Source: Pseudomonas phage phiKZ. Taken from it: a stretch of DNA of 32,000 nt. Every line of letters begins with the position of its first letter. Positions within the stretch are counted from its first letter, which is position 1. The translations under genes and the position numbers were made by a program. Shown piece by piece: positions 27,261 through 32,000 of the stretch. The notes under the pieces were generated by a model that made no database searches, was not told the DNA's origin, and saw nothing but the letters and a program-made list of their open reading frames with translations. The stretch lies in the sequence record NC_004629.1, one strand, 5' to 3'.

Positions 27261-27285
27261 TATTGCACTAAATTTTATTTGAGAT
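27241..27285 (+). repeat. 45-nt exact repeat, copy 2
   Basis: Identical to 11802-11846. Confidence 0.95.
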
Positions 27286-27294
27286 ATATATTAC
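27278..27294 (+). promoter_or_regulatory. Putative early promoter element
   Basis: TTTGAGATA-TATATTAC, 45 nt before 27340. Confidence 0.7.
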
Positions 27295-27339
27295 ATGTGT
27301 GTATTACAAAATCAAATTAATGTGTCGAGGTTTTAATAG

Positions 27340-27777
27340 ATGGACGTAGTTACTAACATTTGGGAGGACGTTCTTACGAACGTGCATCACAAACTAAAGG
27401 TAATGGCCACTACTGCTGGCGATGTCATTCATACAGTGGAACCCAAATTAAATGAAATGATTAAATCGAATATTAATCAACTACAGACAGAAAGGTATAG
27501 TCTTAGTTTAAACAAAACTAAAGACAATAAATACTACGCAAAATACCATGATAATCATCATGGCTGGGATGTTTATTTATTTGTTGAACAAACTAGGTAT
27601 GGGGCTATTGTTGGTAGTGGGTTACGCCATCGTGCTAAAGAAGCTTGGGGGCTTAATAAATTCAGAGAATATAATCTTATCAAAGTAAGGTGTACTCGAC
27701 AAAATAGTGTTGTTGATAGTATTGTCTTCTTCGATGATCCATCTGAATATTTTCTTAGAGCTGTAAATAAATTTTAA
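27340..27777 (+). CDS. Hypothetical phage protein
   Basis: 145 aa ORF. Confidence 0.8.
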   Translation: MDVVTNIWEDVLTNVHHKLKVMATTAGDVIHTVEPKLNEMIKSNINQLQTERYSLSLNKTKDNKYYAKYHDNHHGWDVYLFVEQTRYGAIVGSGLRHRAKEAWGLNKFREYNLIKVRCTRQNSVVDSIVFFDDPSEYFLRAVNKF

Positions 27778-27797
27778 ATTAACTAAAAGGTAAAAAA

Positions 27798-28694
27798 ATG
27801 AATAATCTACAAGTTAATACCACTATTAAAGAATTACATAAACTTCTAATCTGTAATATTATTGATGGTAAACTAATTGAATATAATGACATTGTGAAAG
27901 AACTGAAAATTACTAATGATGAATTAGATAATCTACTAATAGCTATTTCAAAGTTATCTGATACACCAATTAATAATATCTTTAAATCGCTTTCACTAGC
28001 GATTGATCTACGTACGATTACACCCGTCATTGAAAAACTTAGTAATTCTACGAAACTATCTAAAAAAGAAATCCAACTAGACCTGTTAACTAGTTTAGGA
28101 ATAAAAGATAATTATTTTTCGAATAGTTGCACTAACGTGTATCATGAACTAAGTGATATTATCAAAAAGCTTGAACATAGTGATAAACTATATCAAACAG
28201 ATTATCAAAACTTTATTATTGATAAAGTAACTAGTCATTTTAAAGATGTATTGTATTCGGCTGGTTATGCAATCAGTGATATTTATAAGTACACTGATTC
28301 TAAAGTAGTTAATGTAGATAAAAATGGACTATTGATAGGTATGAGCATTACCAATTATAGCTTCCATAATAAGGATGAACCAATTAGGACTATTGGTTTT
28401 TCATTAATTGATAAAACCGAATGTTGTGTTGGAAAATCTGAAACTATTAAAAAGTTTGATGTTGAAGATTTTCTTAATGCAATGGATACTATCAATATTA
28501 ACCCTACTTCTATTATTTTTTCAAACCAGTATCGAGAAAAAGACTTAGCCATTCATAATGGGATCATGAATGAATTTAAGGTGAACAAGATTTCAAATAA
28601 TACCCGTGATAATATAGTATCTTACTATATTGACATGATGGGACATAACTGTATTATCTCATTTAATCACAATGGGCTCCTATTAAAAATTTAA
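27798..28694 (+). CDS. Hypothetical phage protein
   Basis: 298 aa ORF. Confidence 0.85.
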   Translation: MNNLQVNTTIKELHKLLICNIIDGKLIEYNDIVKELKITNDELDNLLIAISKLSDTPINNIFKSLSLAIDLRTITPVIEKLSNSTKLSKKEIQLDLLTSLGIKDNYFSNSCTNVYHELSDIIKKLEHSDKLYQTDYQNFIIDKVTSHFKDVLYSAGYAISDIYKYTDSKVVNVDKNGLLIGMSITNYSFHNKDEPIRTIGFSLIDKTECCVGKSETIKKFDVEDFLNAMDTININPTSIIFSNQYREKDLAIHNGIMNEFKVNKISNNTRDNIVSYYIDMMGHNCIISFNHNGLLLKI

Positions 28695-28751
28695 TAGAAT
28701 ATTAATTAAAAATTATCTTATGTAGTTTATCTAATTAAGGAAACAAAAAGA

Positions 28752-29108
28752 ATGCCAACTTATATTGAATTAATCAATATTGTCAATGATGATACTCCTG
28801 TAGATGATGCAGTTATTAGTGATCTGATGAGTCAAATGAATGATAAACAAACTGTTCTTGACAGTTGTCGTATCAATCATAAAGGCTATGCTTATTTTAA
28901 GTTCCATGTTAAGGGATCAATTAGTAAGGATAAACTTAAGGCTCTAAATGAAACTTTAAAAGATTCTAATCTTGTTGTGACTGATGCTAGTACACAACGT
29001 GGTTTCATGCCACCTAATAAGTTTGATGATATCACTTATACTGAAGAGAGTGTTGGTTATAGGGCAATGGTCTGGACAAGCTTCACTATTGAAAAGCTAC
29101 TTGTATAA
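28752..29108 (+). CDS. Hypothetical phage protein
   Basis: 118 aa ORF. Confidence 0.8.
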   Translation: MPTYIELINIVNDDTPVDDAVISDLMSQMNDKQTVLDSCRINHKGYAYFKFHVKGSISKDKLKALNETLKDSNLVVTDASTQRGFMPPNKFDDITYTEESVGYRAMVWTSFTIEKLLV

Positions 29109-29109
29109 T

Positions 29110-29129
29110 AAGAGCCCTTCGGGGCTCTT
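29110..29129 (+). terminator. Terminator hairpin
   Basis: AAGAGCCC-TTCG-GGGCTCTT. Confidence 0.75.
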
Positions 29130-29158
29130 TCTATTTCGCAATTAGGTATCTGTATTAA

Positions 29159-29593
29159 ATGGATAAGTATCCTATTCTACAAGCTATGTCTAAAGAAGAG
29201 GCATTTAGACTTTTAGACATACAAGGTGAGTTTAGAAAAACTCAAATGAAAGAAAGGTATTGGAATGAGGAAACTGGTCTATGGTGGTGGGAACAACATC
29301 CCGATGTGAAATTAAGGATAGTTGCCGCCTGCAATAGATGGAAGGATGTTTATTTCATTGCAGCGAGGCATTCATCAATCATAATGACTCAACAACAGCT
29401 AATGTATGGTGGTCTTAAGGTATTGCATGAATATGCAGGAGATGATCATGAACAAGGTTTTATTGATCAGTATGAAAACTTCCACTCTAGGGAAGAAGCA
29501 GTAATTATCGCTAAGAATAATAATCAGTTATATCGAGCTGAATTAGAAAATAGATTAGTAACTAAATATTTATTTAGTGAAGACCTATATTAG
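29159..29593 (+). CDS. Hypothetical phage protein
   Basis: 144 aa; FIAARHSSIIM...QGFIDQYENFHSREEAVIIAKNNNQLYR resembles a widespread phage RH...REEA...A...Q module. Confidence 0.75.
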   Translation: MDKYPILQAMSKEEAFRLLDIQGEFRKTQMKERYWNEETGLWWWEQHPDVKLRIVAACNRWKDVYFIAARHSSIIMTQQQLMYGGLKVLHEYAGDDHEQGFIDQYENFHSREEAVIIAKNNNQLYRAELENRLVTKYLFSEDLY

Positions 29594-29623
29594 GTTTCCA
29601 ATAATTTAAATAGGAATATAGCT

Positions 29624-30280
29624 ATGCTAATGAATGAAATTATCGATATTCTAGAAGGAGGGAAAGAGAATATTCTCTTAACTAACCATCTAGGTAATGG
29701 CAAATATTCCAATGCGGGTAATGCAATGGCTGCATCATATGCCATTGCGGCACATACTGCTGTTGGTCAATTGCGAGATGGTTCAGGAAAACCTTACTGG
29801 CATCATTTATTACAAGTAGCTGAGATGGCGCAATTATTCGACCTATCTCACGCTGCTTATAAAGCAGCATGGTTACATGATGTAATTGAGGATACTGCTG
29901 TAACTGCTTCTGATCTAACTAAACTATTCTCAATCCCTGTTGTTAATTTAGTAACTGAACTAACAAATGTAACTTACGAAGGTAATCGTAAAACTAGGAT
30001 TAGTTTACAACATGAAAGACTTTCTCGCATTTCATGGAGTGGTCAATCTCTTAAGTTACTAGATTCCATTTCAAACATGTGGTCGATTGTTAATGATAAG
30101 CCTGATTTTGCTGAACTGTATCTGACTGAGAAAGCTCAACTAATCAGTAAGTTAAATAATTGTCACCCCGCTATTAAAGATCTGGCTATATCTGTTCTCT
30201 ATGGCAGGTGTACTATGGTTGGTGGGGATGCACTAAAAGAATATAATAAACTATTTTCTGATAATGAAATTGTATGTTAA
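29624..30280 (+). CDS. HD-domain protein of MESH1/SpoT-hydrolase type
   Basis: 218 aa; AHTAVGQLRDGSGKPYWHHLLQVA, AAWLHDVIEDT, NRKTRISLQHERL, LKLLDSISNM match RSH hydrolase motifs. Confidence 0.8.
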   Translation: MLMNEIIDILEGGKENILLTNHLGNGKYSNAGNAMAASYAIAAHTAVGQLRDGSGKPYWHHLLQVAEMAQLFDLSHAAYKAAWLHDVIEDTAVTASDLTKLFSIPVVNLVTELTNVTYEGNRKTRISLQHERLSRISWSGQSLKLLDSISNMWSIVNDKPDFAELYLTEKAQLISKLNNCHPAIKDLAISVLYGRCTMVGGDALKEYNKLFSDNEIVC

Positions 30281-30298
30281 AATAATTACTTAATATAC

Positions 30299-30318
30299 AC
30301 CCTCCCTTCGGGGAGGGT
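30299..30318 (+). terminator. Terminator hairpin
   Basis: ACCCTCCC-TTCG-GGGAGGGT then TTTATTT. Confidence 0.8.
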
Positions 30319-30347
30319 TTTATTTATCTTTTTTTGTATTTAAACTA

Positions 30348-30365
30348 TTTAAAAAGCTATATTAC
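30348..30365 (+). promoter_or_regulatory. Putative early promoter element
   Basis: TTTAAAAAGC-TATATTAC, 33 nt before 30399. Confidence 0.7.
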
Positions 30366-30398
30366 AAATATGAATTTAATAACCAAGAGGGCAATACA

Positions 30399-30662
30399 AT
30401 GACTGAACGTTTGAAATCCGTATGGTGCGCTTGCAGCTTACTGCGTGAACGCTGGAGACACATCCAAGACATTGCTGTCGGGGATGAACATCATGTCATA
30501 GTAAAAAACGATATGCTGATGGTGTTTCGTGGTCAAGTACCGGTAGGTAGCATGTACCGGGGTGACAGTGACCCACTCATCTACGAGGGTGGTGCACTGG
30601 AAGAATTTACTAAAGTTGTATTGGATTTAGAATTCAATACTCGTGGTGAAACCAATAGTTAA
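30399..30662 (+). CDS. Hypothetical phage protein
   Basis: 87 aa ORF. Confidence 0.8.
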   Translation: MTERLKSVWCACSLLRERWRHIQDIAVGDEHHVIVKNDMLMVFRGQVPVGSMYRGDSDPLIYEGGALEEFTKVVLDLEFNTRGETNS

Positions 30663-30688
30663 TAAAATTAATTTTGAGGTAATTCATT

Positions 30689-31096
30689 ATGAAATATGTA
30701 ATTGTATTTATGTTGTCTATTGTAACTATCACTGCTAACTCGGCTGTCATGTACACTAATCGTGATTCATGCATCGAGTTTGTAAAACAGGCAGATGAAT
30801 TGTTTGTAAAAGGTGCATCTGTAACTGAAGTGCAAATGAAGACTTATGAAAGGATTCATTATATCCTTAATAACACTAAAGATCTAAAGACCAACCAGTC
30901 TAAAGTTGAAGAACTCACTGGTCTATTTTACCTATGGTCTAAGGTAGATAAAATGGCAATTGAGGCAAGTTTGCCACGTGCAACAAATGCTGCTAAAGTC
31001 TATAAGACCACTCCTGAGAAATTCATCATTGATGGTTATTTCCAGCGTTGTGTAGCGGCAGGTGCGTTTGAAGCAAAACCACTTACTCTAAAATAA
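30689..31096 (+). CDS. Exported two-cysteine small protein
   Basis: Signal peptide-like MKYVIVFMLSIVTITANSA; RDSCIEF ... YFQRCVAAG; GAGG RBS. Confidence 0.8.
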   Translation: MKYVIVFMLSIVTITANSAVMYTNRDSCIEFVKQADELFVKGASVTEVQMKTYERIHYILNNTKDLKTNQSKVEELTGLFYLWSKVDKMAIEASLPRATNAAKVYKTTPEKFIIDGYFQRCVAAGAFEAKPLTLK

Positions 31097-31108
31097 TGGA
31101 GGTACAAC

Positions 31109-31468
31109 ATGCTTAAGAATTGGCTATTATTCCTTTTCCTGCCAATCCTGTCCATTGCATGTCAGCCTGCCCACGCTGTAGAAGTGGGTATTACTAAGAA
31201 ATCATGTAATGTGGCAGTAAATCTTTCACAAAAAGCAACTGAGCTTTATGATAAGAACCTATCCCAATTTGAGATAATGATGCAGTTAGATATGATCTCT
31301 CGTAAGGATATGGATGACTTAGAGTTCTATGCAGGTACCGTATATGCTAAATTAAACTTAGTTGATATTCGCGTAAATAAACGAAAAGGATTTACCAATG
31401 GAGCTATTCTAGATAGGCTAGCTGAAAACTGTGTTGAAGCAATTGGTACTAAATTTAACTTGGAGTAG
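31109..31468 (+). CDS. Exported two-cysteine small protein
   Basis: Signal peptide-like MLKNWLLFLFLPILSIACQPAHA; KKSCNVA ... LAENCVEA; GGAGG RBS. Confidence 0.8.
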   Translation: MLKNWLLFLFLPILSIACQPAHAVEVGITKKSCNVAVNLSQKATELYDKNLSQFEIMMQLDMISRKDMDDLEFYAGTVYAKLNLVDIRVNKRKGFTNGAILDRLAENCVEAIGTKFNLE

Positions 31469-31471
31469 AAT

Positions 31472-32000
31472 ATGGTTAGTATTTATATTGTCATTATACT
31501 CATGGCTATGCTAGCTGCATTGACATGTGGTAATTTGGTAGATAGCTGGGTAAGGCCAGCTATTCTAAAGTGGTTAAATGATGATGTCGCTATTCATTTC
31601 ACCAATGCTACCTGGATGGTTGGGGGGATCCCTAATAGTGTTCCAATGCAACTAGGTAAAGCTGTTTGGTTACCCAAATACGTGGGTGACGGAATACGTC
31701 TTTATATCACGGCTGATGAAATAAAATTTGGATGGAATGGTAAAGAAAAAGATGCTTTAGCACGAGCCATTGTTGAAGTTATCTTTATTGGTAAAAATCC
31801 AAATAGTAAACTTCTTGAAGTAAGTATTAAACCTATTTGGTTACACCCTTCTATCCAAAAAGAAAGTTTCTATTTAATGTTTGATTGGGAAAAGCTTTAT
31901 ACAAAAAATGAAGAGATGCGTATTTGTTGGAAGACAATACGTCACACTTTTTTCTATGGATTCCTAGGTTTGCTATTTGGCGGTAGTGCCAATGCAGATA
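31472..32000 (+). CDS. Putative membrane protein, truncated by window edge
   Basis: Open frame MVSIYIVIILMAMLAALTCGNLVDSWVRPAILKWL...FFYGFLGLLFGGSANAD; not in ORF track because no stop in window. Confidence 0.75.
   Translation, partial: MVSIYIVIILMAMLAALTCGNLVDSWVRPAILKWLNDDVAIHFTNATWMVGGIPNSVPMQLGKAVWLPKYVGDGIRLYITADEIKFGWNGKEKDALARAIVEVIFIGKNPNSKLLEVSIKPIWLHPSIQKESFYLMFDWEKLYTKNEEMRICWKTIRHTFFYGFLGLLFGGSANAD

Noticed and set aside
3813-30000. Minus-strand ORFs in the supplied track between 3813 and 30000 (e.g. 6478-6867, 7708-7944, 19568-19771, 22428-22751, 23356-23610, 28355-28552)
   Set aside because: All lie opposite well-supported plus-strand genes, lack independent context and have low-complexity antisense composition
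1-32000. CRISPR arrays, transposons, integrases, rRNA
   Set aside because: No regularly spaced repeats, IS-type inverted repeats with transposase, or rRNA-like sequence seen

Overview
This 32 kb window is a gene-dense, AT-rich phage region with two minus-strand structural-type ORFs (one truncated), one minus-strand SNF2-like helicase, and about 50 short plus-strand genes. No ribosomal, tRNA, CRISPR or integrase features were found. Recognisable products are: SNF2/SF2 helicase, SLOG/DprA-like protein, BCS1-like AAA+ ATPase, dCTP deaminase, insertion-bearing thymidylate synthase, RlaP/YcgL-type nucleotidyltransferase, MESH1/SpoT-type HD protein, a zinc-knuckle protein, and an SspB-like ClpXP adaptor. 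The adaptor has a C-terminal tail resembling the ClpX-binding (XB) peptide. Several intergenic regions combine a terminator hairpin with an AT-rich element TTTRARANN-TATATTAC 15-53 nt before a start codon. This resembles the TATATTAC early promoter reported for phiKZ, which suggests (inference) the accessory early region of a phiKZ-like jumbo phage. The best leads are: (1) the SspB-like adaptor with a ~150 aa middle insert and XB-like tail; (2) the next ORF, whose predicted signal peptide is followed directly by an in-frame TAG with 61 further open codons; (3) a family of small exported two-cysteine proteins; (4) a structured, non-coding intergenic region at ~2830-3035; (5) the promoter/terminator punctuation, including an exact 45-nt repeat 15 kb apart. 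All similarity calls come from reading motifs by eye; no searches were run.
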